A DNA stretch of 64,000 bases from Wickerhamiella versatilis (Eukaryota), in contig JAQOWU010000007.1 in the NCBI GenBank assembly GCA_030867685.1, positions 1,612,001-1,676,000 on the forward strand, written 5' to 3'. A program made the position numbers and the translations under genes. This document shows, in pieces, positions 9,586 to 19,175 of the stretch (positions within the stretch are counted from its first letter, which is position 1; every line of letters begins with the position of its first letter). The notes beneath the pieces were generated by a model. The model did not search any database. It saw only the letters and a program-made list of their open reading frames with translations, and was not told where the DNA came from.

Positions 9586-11046
9586 ATGAACAAGGAGGAG
9601 GATGAATTCAGCGACTCTGATGAGCTGGCGAGCCTCGCACAAAAGATGGTGACTGGCGGCGTCGTTAAGCTTCCGGAAACAGATCCGCGACATCCCCGCA
9701 GCTGGTCCACCACAAAGAAGGTCATGCACACACTCGCTTACTCATACACAACTTTCGCTGCTCAGTTCTCTGCCTCGGCTATTTCCCCAGCTATAGAGCA
9801 ATTGTCGGAGGAATTCCATGTAGGTGAGGAGGTCACGACCCTTGTATTCAGTATATTTATTTTGGGGCAGATTGTTGGCCCAATGCTGTTCGCACCCATC
9901 AGTGAAATGTTCGGCCGCAAGATTGGTGTGTTTGTGCCTTGCTTTATTGGTGGGGTATTTCTTTGCGTAATTGCGAACGTTACAAGCATCTGGGCGGCCC
10001 TCGTGTTTAGGTTCTTTGCCGGTATGTTCAGCGCAGCGCCGGTGGTAAGTAGCGGAGGAGCAATGGCTGACCTATGGCACGCAAACCAACGGGCAGCGGC
10101 AATGGTTTTGTATGCATCTAATATTATCGCGGGCTCAGCAGTGTCCCCTACGTTTGGGGCGTTACTGGTTCAGACGGGCTCATACGGCTGGCGGTGGGCG
10201 AGTTGGTTGAGCGGATGGCTGCAATTGTTGGTACCTATTCTTAATCTATTATTCTGCTCGGAGAGTTTTCTTCCTGTCATTGAGGCACGCTATGTCAAGG
10301 AGAGGAGACTGGATACAGGGCGGTGGGGTATACATGCGAAACACGAGGAATGGTCATTTAGTGCCGATGAGTTTGTTCATATACATTTCATGCGACCAGT
10401 ACTTATGTTTGCCACGCCAATTATGTCTTTGATCATTAGCTATGCATCCTTTGTATATGGTGTGCTCTTCTTGCTCATTACTAGTGTCGGTCAGGAATTC
10501 TCCTCCGTCTATGGATGGGGTCTTGCCTCTTCCCATTGCCCACTGATTGCCATGATGGTAGGATTCGCATTTGGTGGTGCACTCAACATATTTGGGTCTA
10601 GGCGGTATGCTAAAAGGTCTGTGCTTGGAAAGGCGACGCCAGAAGATAGGCTTGTTCCAATGATGGTGGGGGGTTGGGTGATGCCACTGGGAGCATTTCT
10701 GTACGGATGGTGCATGCGAGAATCTGTACACTGGATAGTGTCAACAATAGGACTTGCTTTTGCAGGAGCGGGTCTTGCAATCGTCTTTCAGGGATCTCTT
10801 GTTTACATTGTTGATACATACACAAAGTATGCCGCAAGCGGCATTGCAGCAAATACGGCGCTTCGAAGTGTTTGTGGTGGTGTATTCCCCCTTTTTGCGC
10901 GGCAAATGTATAATTCGCTCGGGCCTGGCTGGGCATCTTCCATAGTGGGATTCATCACGCTCGCCGCGCTGCCCATTCCCTGGTTGTTCTATTTCTACGG
11001 AGCAAAGATTCGCCAAAGAGATCCATTTGCGAGCTTGCTGCGATAG
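9586..11046 (+). CDS. MFS drug:H+ antiporter, DHA1 family (Tpo/Flr1-like)
   Basis: DPRHPRSW, GPMLFAPISEMFGRK, RFFAG, GGAMADLW, GWRW and PEDRL motifs; about 12 hydrophobic segments. Confidence 0.9.
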   Translation: MNKEEDEFSDSDELASLAQKMVTGGVVKLPETDPRHPRSWSTTKKVMHTLAYSYTTFAAQFSASAISPAIEQLSEEFHVGEEVTTLVFSIFILGQIVGPMLFAPISEMFGRKIGVFVPCFIGGVFLCVIANVTSIWAALVFRFFAGMFSAAPVVSSGGAMADLWHANQRAAAMVLYASNIIAGSAVSPTFGALLVQTGSYGWRWASWLSGWLQLLVPILNLLFCSESFLPVIEARYVKERRLDTGRWGIHAKHEEWSFSADEFVHIHFMRPVLMFATPIMSLIISYASFVYGVLFLLITSVGQEFSSVYGWGLASSHCPLIAMMVGFAFGGALNIFGSRRYAKRSVLGKATPEDRLVPMMVGGWVMPLGAFLYGWCMRESVHWIVSTIGLAFAGAGLAIVFQGSLVYIVDTYTKYAASGIAANTALRSVCGGVFPLFARQMYNSLGPGWASSIVGFITLAALPIPWLFYFYGAKIRQRDPFASLLR

Positions 11047-11445
11047 TGTGCTTTTTTGCATTATCGGTTTGTGTACATACATTTTTGTTATAGATATACA
11101 CGTATGTATCCTGTAAGTTGGGACCTTGAACTTTCATTCACGTACTTAATTTGAACCACGAGTAATAAATTATTTCATAACTATATAATTATTGAATATC
11201 TCATACCTTTTATTGAAAATGGCCGAAAAAAAGGACAGACTTTCTATTCCCCGAGGGTAGATGTGTATGGTTAGCTCGAATGCAAATGCCTGCGTTCTGT
11301 TGCTATTGGGCCCTTCGATTGAGGCACAACACAGCCATTCTGGCATACAGAATTATCTAATTATTGCTGTTCTCATTATGTACGTATTCAATGCAGTCAT
11401 TTGATAGAACATCCATTGGGCTTGATTACATCACTTGATTTAAAG

Positions 11446-11901
11446 ATGTCCAAGGATAAGGGGGAAAGTGATGAACTTGAGGCCCTATTCAAAGATGTCA
11501 CAGAAGCCATAAATGCACCTGCGGCCACGAAAAAGACGGAAGAAAGGCTTCCCGTGGATAAGTCTTCGTTCCCTACCGAGATGAACTGCTCTCAAGTATT
11601 TGACCAACTGCTGAAGTGTTATTCGATTGGAGGCCAGATGCGCAACTATTATCGATATGGCGAAATGAGTTACTGCACGGACAAACGTAATAAACTGAAG
11701 TTCTGCCTAAAAACCAAGTTTTACCAGGAAGAAAATAGGAAGGAGGCAATAAGCCGTTGGTACATGGAACGACTAGCCCACCAACTTAAGGAGGGCAAAT
11801 CCTCGGAGGAAATCTGGTCATCGCGCCCAGAACCTTTAAGACGACCATTTAGGGAGGATTCTGAGCAGTGGATTGAACAGCTTGACAGTGGTGATAGGTG
11901 A
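11446..11901 (+). CDS. EMI1: Emi1-like twin-CX9C protein
   Basis: FPTEMNC-x9-CYSIGGQMRNYYRYG...C-x9-C and the C-terminal SSEEIW motif. The track start at 11401 is TTG; the first ATG is 11446. Confidence 0.85.
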   Translation: MSKDKGESDELEALFKDVTEAINAPAATKKTEERLPVDKSSFPTEMNCSQVFDQLLKCYSIGGQMRNYYRYGEMSYCTDKRNKLKFCLKTKFYQEENRKEAISRWYMERLAHQLKEGKSSEEIWSSRPEPLRRPFREDSEQWIEQLDSGDR

Positions 11902-12079
11902 AAATTGACGAACTAGACAAGACCTTACAATTATGAGGGTCTATTTTTCTATCCTCTAATTTCCGATCGGTTTTTATCGGGACATCGGATCTCCTGCACA
12001 AGAAAGCTCCCCCGCGGGCGCAGTCATTAAGATATGTACTATTATATAATTGCATTACATAGAACGCTTTCATCCTTTA

Positions 12080-12919
12080 ATGTCGTTGGCGCGGCCCGCC
12101 GGCACCATGTACCGCCTCACTATACTTGGTGAGGGTGGCGTAGGAAAGACAGCACTAACTATTCAGCTTTGTCTGAATCAGTTCGTGGAGACTTACGACC
12201 CTACTATTGAGGATTCATATCGCAAACGTATAAACCTTGATGGACAACCAACGACACTCGAGGTGCTTGATACTGCGGGCCAGGAAGAGTATACAGCGTT
12301 GAGAGACCAATGGATACGTGATGGTGAAGGGTTTTTGCTTGTGTACTCTATCACCCATCGACTCGGCTTCAGCCGAATTAAGCCATACTATGAGCAAATA
12401 CTCAGGGTCAAGGATGGAGAGCCATTTGGTGCCGTATTGGTAGGAAACAAGGTGGATCAGGCTGACGAACGTCAAGTGAGTGTCCAAGAAGGCCAGCAGC
12501 TTGCTAATGAACTTGGTATACCGTTTTTTGAGAGCTCTGCGAAACTCAATATCAATACTGAGAATTCCTTCATAACCGCGGCAAGACTTACTCGTGACTT
12601 CACTTCAGGCTCGGCCTTGAACTCAGGTAAGGCCGCTGCGTCTTCAGATACTCAGAACCTCACTCTACCTCCCGGTGCCGTTGCATCATCGGCTCCTGAT
12701 GGCGTTGCATCCAACCCAGATAATAAGGATACAGCTGGTACAAACAAGGCGTCTGATGGAGGCGTAGAAGAGTCATCTGCGGCAGCCCCATCGTCAGCAG
12801 CAGCTGCTACCCAGGGAAGAGAGGCTGATAACGGGAATACGGCGTCTAAGCAGACCAAAAAAGACAAAAAAGACAAGAAGGACAAGAAGAAAAAGAAGCC
12901 AAAGTGTGCCGTGATGTAA
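12080..12919 (+). CDS. Ras small GTPase (fungal Ras2/RasB-type), prenylated
   Basis: GEGGVGKT, YDPTIEDSY, DTAGQEE, NKVD, ESSAK; polybasic tail and CAAX CAVM. Start is 12080 or 12107; the track start is TTG. Confidence 0.92.
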   Translation: MSLARPAGTMYRLTILGEGGVGKTALTIQLCLNQFVETYDPTIEDSYRKRINLDGQPTTLEVLDTAGQEEYTALRDQWIRDGEGFLLVYSITHRLGFSRIKPYYEQILRVKDGEPFGAVLVGNKVDQADERQVSVQEGQQLANELGIPFFESSAKLNINTENSFITAARLTRDFTSGSALNSGKAAASSDTQNLTLPPGAVASSAPDGVASNPDNKDTAGTNKASDGGVEESSAAAPSSAAAATQGREADNGNTASKQTKKDKKDKKDKKKKKPKCAVM

Positions 12920-13240
12920 TAAAAATATTTAATTGAGCCTATTAATATCTTATTTTTCGGCGATCAGTTTTTGCAGCCCGAGCCGAAGGTTATTTTCTAA
13001 ATTTCAATAGCAATTAGGTCTTGTATGGATACAAACAGATCAGTTGAGTCCAGGTACCTTGTATTAGAGGTAATCTCACATATATCGAGGAGTTGACATG
13101 TTTTACCCAGGAATGTAGCAGGTTTGCATTTCCTGGCCAACCGATTATTAAGCAATGTTTACTAGACCTTTGTCCCGAGCGCCAGATTCCCCTTACCCTC
13201 TGGTGCGCGTCTTTCGCCTGCCTGCCTTTAGTTCTCTGCG

Positions 13241-14428
13241 ATGCGCCGAGAACCATTGAGGCCAGTGGAGGAAAACGTATATCAGGGTGCAGGGGCAGCG
13301 GGTACTGCTAATGCTCCCGCGAAACGTCCCACGGGTGCCGAAGAGATATCTGATGAGGAGAAGATGGCAGCCTGGCGGAGGCGTTGGCGACAAATTTTGT
13401 CAACCTCTTCCGTATATTTTGATAAGGTCGATCCGCAGACCGTAGACACGCTAAGTGCCTATCTTAATTTACTTGGCACGCAGGTTACGCCGTTCTTGTC
13501 AAATAAAGTGACACACGTGATTTCCAATCGTTCAGAAAGTGAGAGTGAGGCAGTGCGTCATGCGCGGCGTTCACAGCTGAAAGTTTACACAGCAGAGAAG
13601 CTGGAACGATTCCTGGGTAGCGTTCTCGGCTATCCTCTCACCAAGCAACTGGATGAATCTCAGCATATGCATTTGGCACAGCTTTTGAACCAGGAACGTC
13701 TTCAGGGTAGGCCTTTGGATCGTGATCCGGATGCTCGTCGTGACGACTATTATTATTTTCGAGGTCCTTATGTGATGTTATTTGACCCTCAGCAGTATTA
13801 CAAGGTCATGCTGCATAAGGAGTGGCCGCGGCCTACGCGCAATGAAGACAAAGCATGGCCTCAGCTCCACGTTTCGAATAGTGGTGCATGCCCTTTTGTT
13901 AGACCGTCGCAGGCGATGGTCTCCAACCGCGCAGCGAAACGTCCATCAGTCTCTGAGGGGCCTTCAGGAAAGCGCCAACGCGCAGCGAACACAGCCCGGC
14001 CTGCGTTGGCGGAACGTACCATATCCATCGTGAATCAGGCACGGCCGTGGATAGCTCCGGGAGAAATACAGGCGTCTGGCATACAACGCAACTCGCAGAC
14101 GTCTGCGGTGAAGTCCATGGTCACCCAGTCTGGCGGTAACGGACTGGATGGTCCCCGGGCAACTGCATCCCGCGAGGTGGCTAATTTGCAGAGGAAGGTT
14201 CTGCCACAAGCTGCCGTGGCCAGACCTAGCGTTTCAATGCGGAAAAAAGGACGTCAAGCTGGGTACTGTGAAAATTGTCAGGAGCGGTATGGTGATTTCG
14301 CTGAGCATATAGAATCGCGCAGCCACCGGAAATTTGCGCGCGATGCCTCTAATTTTATGCAGCTGGATGGGGTCATTCAGATTCTCCAGCGCCAGCCGTT
14401 ATCATATGAACCAGTAAGTGAATCCTGA
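13241..14428 (+). CDS. DBF4: Cdc7 regulatory subunit Dbf4/Dfp1
   Basis: Motif N (WRRRWR..VYFD..VTHVIS), motif M (YYYFRGPYV..GACPF) and DBF zinc finger (GYCENC..HIESRSHRKFA). Confidence 0.9.
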   Translation: MRREPLRPVEENVYQGAGAAGTANAPAKRPTGAEEISDEEKMAAWRRRWRQILSTSSVYFDKVDPQTVDTLSAYLNLLGTQVTPFLSNKVTHVISNRSESESEAVRHARRSQLKVYTAEKLERFLGSVLGYPLTKQLDESQHMHLAQLLNQERLQGRPLDRDPDARRDDYYYFRGPYVMLFDPQQYYKVMLHKEWPRPTRNEDKAWPQLHVSNSGACPFVRPSQAMVSNRAAKRPSVSEGPSGKRQRAANTARPALAERTISIVNQARPWIAPGEIQASGIQRNSQTSAVKSMVTQSGGNGLDGPRATASREVANLQRKVLPQAAVARPSVSMRKKGRQAGYCENCQERYGDFAEHIESRSHRKFARDASNFMQLDGVIQILQRQPLSYEPVSES

Positions 14429-14669
14429 TGGTAAAGTGGAAGTTCCCACTCTCACCCTCACATCTCGTGACATACTTGGGGGTAGGGCGATAGCCCTTTC
14501 CTGTCTATGAGGCTCAAAAAGAGAATTATTAGATTAGTCGCATACTTCCTCAGTGAGCAACATCAAAAGTAAGAAACCAACAGAGGGAAAAAAGAAATAC
14601 TCATTAAATCTCGCTTAATTAGTTTTCATGTGAACTAGCTTTTTACTGATTTGATATAGGACTAAGGCA

Positions 14670-14726
14670 TGAGTCACCTGCTCTTTTAGGACTACTCATG
14701 ATAACTTCCTTTAGGAAGGTCACGTG
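14670..14726. promoter_or_regulatory. TGAGTCA (AP-1/Gcn4) at 14670 and TCACGTG (Cbf1-type) at 14720
   Basis: Exact motifs 70 and 20 bp upstream of the ABCC transporter ATG. Confidence 0.35.
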
Positions 14727-14746
14727 TTTGTAAGCAAGCTACGTCG

Positions 14747-17700
14747 ATGGACATTGTGGGAGTCTCTGCTGTTCCCTCTTTGGATCCGTTTGTAGCAGTG
14801 AATGGTCTGGTAAAGGATTTACCATGCTGGTCTGATCATGGGTTCCAGTACTTTGACCCATCCACGGATTTTTTGAGCTACTGCTTGATGTCACTGATGA
14901 ATGCTCTGTTAAGTTTGGTTCTTGTAGGCCCTTTAATTGCTCGTGTGGTTGAGCTTCGGAAACAAGAGCGAGGCGATCTCACAGTGTTTGGGCAGTGGTC
15001 TTTTCTTGGCGCAATATTTGTCACTGTTGGACGTCTCACAGAAATAGTCGTGCAACAAACAGCGCCTACTGAGCTCGAATGTATTGTATTTGGTGTGGGA
15101 ATAATCGCGATTCTTCTGCATTATTTCCAAGATGGAAGAGTTTGCGTATGCAGTGCCTCACTGCTAATTTATTGGCTTTTCCAGTCGTTCTTTGCAATCT
15201 CGGAAACAGTGGACGAACTCTTGCGCCATACATCAACTAGGTGGTTTTCACTCTCAATTGCAATCGTATCCTCCAGTATTCTATTCTTGGAGACTCATAA
15301 TGGCCGTGGAAAAGGTGTGATAGGCTTTGAGACCGCGACGGTATTCGAAAAGATTACCTTTAGTTTTGCAAATAAGTTGCTTGCCAAGGGATCAAAGGAG
15401 CAGCTCTCGCATGATGACTTGCCTGCAACCCCTAGGGATCTTAACGCGGTCAATTGCTATGATCAGCTCATCACAGTACTTGAACAGTTCGAACCTACCA
15501 GTAAGTACAGAGTCATTGAGTCCCTATTGTTGCTTCTGAGAGGAAAGCTTACAGGTTTGGTATTGATGGATGTTACTGCGGAAGTTGTTCAGTACATTTC
15601 CCCATCTGTGCTCTCACTCTTCCTGAACTCGCTTCAGAATTACCAAACAGGTACTTCACCCCTATTTCCTTGCTTCTACTTCGCAGTATTAGTGGGTGTT
15701 CTCCCGATGATTGTCATATCATTACAGAACATCACCAATATTCTGGCGAACTACACGTATGTTATTTCGCGTACTGGATTGACAAGTTTGATATATCGTA
15801 AGTCTTTGCGCCTTAGCCCCGCTGCGCGGGAAGCGTGGGACTCCTCCCGCATCATGAATCTGATAAATGTCGATACAGATCAAATAGATGGTGTAGCAAG
15901 TGTACTGCCGAATCTGGTCTCTGCCCCTATTGCTCTTATACTTTCGACTTGGCAGCTTTATAGATTTATTGGAAAATCGATGTTTGCTGCTATAGCATTT
16001 TATGTGGTTTTTGTTCCTTTTACTGGATACATTTCTCGTGCCCTGGGCGAGAAGTATCCCGAAATCATGAAGACGAAAGACGATCGTAATAAGCTTACCT
16101 CTAATGCGTTCCGCAATATCAAGTCTTTGAAATTGTACGCTTGGGAAAAGCCCTATCATGATAGAATTGCTGCTATCCGCTCGGATAGAGAAATGAAGCA
16201 GCAGCGAACGATTCAGATTCTCTACTCGGTGATGTCTGCTAGCTGGACGGTTTTGGGCGATCTGGTTGCAGCAGCAATTTTTATAACTTACCTGTGGCTT
16301 CATATGGGTGTTCTTTCACCTGGTGTGGTGTTCCCTGCATTGCTGCTTTTGCAATATGTGACTTTCCCTTTCATGTCGCTTCCATTTACGCTGACTTCGA
16401 TTCTTCGTGCGCTCACATCTCAAACACGTATACATGAGCTGCTCAAGGAAGAAGATCAAGACTACGCCAACTACTATAGATATCCGTCTACTGAGGGCTT
16501 TACAGAGCCGTCGGTGATGGTTGAGGATGCAACAATATCTTGGAATGGTGCTAGCACCGACGACAAAATTGCCCTGCGGGATATTTCATTTGAAGCGACC
16601 AAAGGTGACCTTGTTTGTATCACTGGGCGTGTTGGGTCTGGTAAAACAGCACTCCTGAAAGCCTTGGCAGGAGAACTGAAGATTTTGAATGGCTCTATAT
16701 CAGCGAAAGGAGCAATTGCTTACTGCTCACAGGAAGCCTGGCTTCAAAATACAAGTGTACGCAATAACATCTTATTCGGTAAAGATTATGATGAAGACTT
16801 TTACCAAAAAACACTTGAGGCTTGCGACCTTTTGTCAGATTTAGCTCAACTTCCAGAGAAAGATAATACTGACGTAGGTGAACGGGGGATCTCATTAAGT
16901 GGAGGGCAGAAGGCCCGTGTTTCTTTAGCACGTGCTGTTTATTCTAGGTCTGACGTTTACCTTTTGGACGATGTATTGAGTGCTGTTGATGAACATGTAG
17001 CCAAGCATCTCATTGAACGTCTCTTCAGTCATACTGGATTACTTGCTGGTCGTACTATCATATTGGCAACCAATAACGTGAAGGTATTGGGTCACGCTTC
17101 GTTAATTATGGCTCTGGAGGATAAGAAGGTTTTGGAGAAAAAAACAGTTGGTGACGTACTCAAAGAACAGGATTCTTCTAAGATTTATCGCCTGATCAAA
17201 GAATTTGGTGGAGGAGAATTGGTTAAGGCTGACGATCGCAAGGATGCTATTAGTCGAGCAGCTTCAGCAACTCCTTTATCACAAGAGTTTTTTAAGGCTT
17301 CTACAGCGACTAATCTCCGTGAAACTGCAATTTCAGGCCAGGAAGATGAAGAGAGGGAAAGCAATGCTGTTTCATTATGGATATTTGCTCGATACTTCGA
17401 CACAGTAGGAACGTGGTACCTTGTGGTGGCATTGGTAGTGATGTCAGTTTCAGTGGTGATAACAAATTCTTCTAGTATTTGGATAGGTATCATGTCTGGC
17501 CACAATTTCGACAATCTTACTGATGCTAAATTGTACCTGGTTGTCTACATTCTGATTGCGCTGGTTTCTTCAATGTTCATATTCATGAGTTTCACTTGGT
17601 TTGTCGTGCTCGTAGCGATACAAGTTTCGAAGGCTCTTCACAATAACATGTTATGGAATCTGATGCATGCAAAGATGAAGTTTTTCGATGTAACGCCTTT

Positions 17701-19096
17701 GGGACGTATTGTCAATCGTTTCACAGGGGATATATCTTCTCTTGATCAACAGCTACCTAATATGCTATACTATTTTGTGAGATCAATTCTTAATGCTGTC
17801 ATGGGTATTTTGACTGTACTCAGTGGTGCTCCTATTGTTATCATTGTGGTTATTCCTTTGATAATAGTAGGAAACAAATTCCGTCGTGATTATGTACCGT
17901 CTTCGCGACAGATCTCACGTATGACGTCTGCTGCAAATTCTCCAATTTTGAGTCATATAGAGGAAACTCTGAAAGGTCAAACTGTGGTTCGCGCATTTGA
18001 TCGTGGGGCTCAATTTGTTGAAATATATGATGCTCGTATCGACTATTGGATTGAACTTGCATTCGTGAAAATAAATATGCAGCGTTGGCTCGGATTTCGG
18101 ATCCAGGCTATGACTTCGATTCTTTTGCTAGCTTCTGCATTGTCGATGACTTACTTGGTATATCAAGGCAAATTAGGAGTTGGATATGTTGGTGTAGTTC
18201 TGCATTTCGCGATGAGGGTCGGTATTATGGTTAACCAGATTATCTCAATGTGGGCAAACCTAGAAGTCTCGGGGGTTGCTCTTGAACGTATATTGGAATA
18301 CGTAGACATCGAACAAGAGGCTCCAGCTCACATAGAGGAGACGGACCCATCTGATGATTGGCCAAACTCAGGAGCTATCGCCTTTGACAGTCTTTCTGCG
18401 CGTTATAAGCCAGAAGGGCCTGACGTTCTAAAGAATCTTTCTTTGGCAATTCAAGCCAGGGAAAAAATAGGTATTGTTGGAAGGACAGGGTCAGGAAAGA
18501 GTACACTGACTCTAACCGTTTTCAGGCTGTTGGAACCTCACATGGGGCATATTGTTATTGATGGGATCAATACGAGCACTCTGGGGCTAAATGATTTGAG
18601 ATCTCGGCTGTCCATTATACCTCAAGATGCCCAGATATTTGATGGTACCCTGAGAGAAAATCTTGATCCCTTGGAAGAAAATGATGACGCAAGACTATGG
18701 CAAGTTCTTGAGCTCTGTCATCTAAAGGATCATTTTTCGGGGCTGAAAGGTCTAGATACCCCACTTGCTGATAGTGGTGACAATATTAGTCGTGGCCAAG
18801 CGCAGCTTGTTTGTTTAGGACGTGCGCTTCTCCACGAGGCTCGCATTCTTGTACTTGATGAGGCAACGGCTTCTGTGGACGTTGAAACCGATTCAATTTT
18901 GCAAAGGACGATTCGTTCTGAATTTAAGGACCGAACCATTTTGACAATTGCTCACCGAATTAACACAATCATGGACAGTGACCGAATCATCGTTCTTGAC
19001 AAGGGCGAAATTAAGGAATTCGACACACCTGAACGGTTGATTGAAGCTAAGGGAATCTTTTGGTCTTTAGTAAATACCAATGAAAAGGATCTGTAG
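14747..19096 (+). CDS. ABCC/MRP-family transporter, Ycf1/Bpt1-like
   Basis: N-terminal TMD0; NBD1 with GRVGSGKT, LSGGQ and LLDD; NBD2 with GRTGSGKS, ISRGQ and LDEAT; also KSLKLYAWE and FFDVTPLGRIVNRF. Confidence 0.92.
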   Translation: MDIVGVSAVPSLDPFVAVNGLVKDLPCWSDHGFQYFDPSTDFLSYCLMSLMNALLSLVLVGPLIARVVELRKQERGDLTVFGQWSFLGAIFVTVGRLTEIVVQQTAPTELECIVFGVGIIAILLHYFQDGRVCVCSASLLIYWLFQSFFAISETVDELLRHTSTRWFSLSIAIVSSSILFLETHNGRGKGVIGFETATVFEKITFSFANKLLAKGSKEQLSHDDLPATPRDLNAVNCYDQLITVLEQFEPTSKYRVIESLLLLLRGKLTGLVLMDVTAEVVQYISPSVLSLFLNSLQNYQTGTSPLFPCFYFAVLVGVLPMIVISLQNITNILANYTYVISRTGLTSLIYRKSLRLSPAAREAWDSSRIMNLINVDTDQIDGVASVLPNLVSAPIALILSTWQLYRFIGKSMFAAIAFYVVFVPFTGYISRALGEKYPEIMKTKDDRNKLTSNAFRNIKSLKLYAWEKPYHDRIAAIRSDREMKQQRTIQILYSVMSASWTVLGDLVAAAIFITYLWLHMGVLSPGVVFPALLLLQYVTFPFMSLPFTLTSILRALTSQTRIHELLKEEDQDYANYYRYPSTEGFTEPSVMVEDATISWNGASTDDKIALRDISFEATKGDLVCITGRVGSGKTALLKALAGELKILNGSISAKGAIAYCSQEAWLQNTSVRNNILFGKDYDEDFYQKTLEACDLLSDLAQLPEKDNTDVGERGISLSGGQKARVSLARAVYSRSDVYLLDDVLSAVDEHVAKHLIERLFSHTGLLAGRTIILATNNVKVLGHASLIMALEDKKVLEKKTVGDVLKEQDSSKIYRLIKEFGGGELVKADDRKDAISRAASATPLSQEFFKASTATNLRETAISGQEDEERESNAVSLWIFARYFDTVGTWYLVVALVVMSVSVVITNSSSIWIGIMSGHNFDNLTDAKLYLVVYILIALVSSMFIFMSFTWFVVLVAIQVSKALHNNMLWNLMHAKMKFFDVTPLGRIVNRFTGDISSLDQQLPNMLYYFVRSILNAVMGILTVLSGAPIVIIVVIPLIIVGNKFRRDYVPSSRQISRMTSAANSPILSHIEETLKGQTVVRAFDRGAQFVEIYDARIDYWIELAFVKINMQRWLGFRIQAMTSILLLASALSMTYLVYQGKLGVGYVGVVLHFAMRVGIMVNQIISMWANLEVSGVALERILEYVDIEQEAPAHIEETDPSDDWPNSGAIAFDSLSARYKPEGPDVLKNLSLAIQAREKIGIVGRTGSGKSTLTLTVFRLLEPHMGHIVIDGINTSTLGLNDLRSRLSIIPQDAQIFDGTLRENLDPLEENDDARLWQVLELCHLKDHFSGLKGLDTPLADSGDNISRGQAQLVCLGRALLHEARILVLDEATASVDVETDSILQRTIRSEFKDRTILTIAHRINTIMDSDRIIVLDKGEIKEFDTPERLIEAKGIFWSLVNTNEKDL

Positions 19097-19175
19097 TCTT
19101 TAAAATCTCTAGATAGAATTAAATATATTCGATGTTTAAAAGTAAATCAGCTTACCTGCATTACTTATTCAGCAT

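Noticed and set aside
14747..19096. ABC transporter as part of a glycolipid (sophorolipid-type) or other secondary-metabolite cluster
   Set aside because: It is ABCC/MRP-type, and its neighbours are DBF4 and IFM1; no P450, glycosyltransferase or acetyltransferase is nearby.
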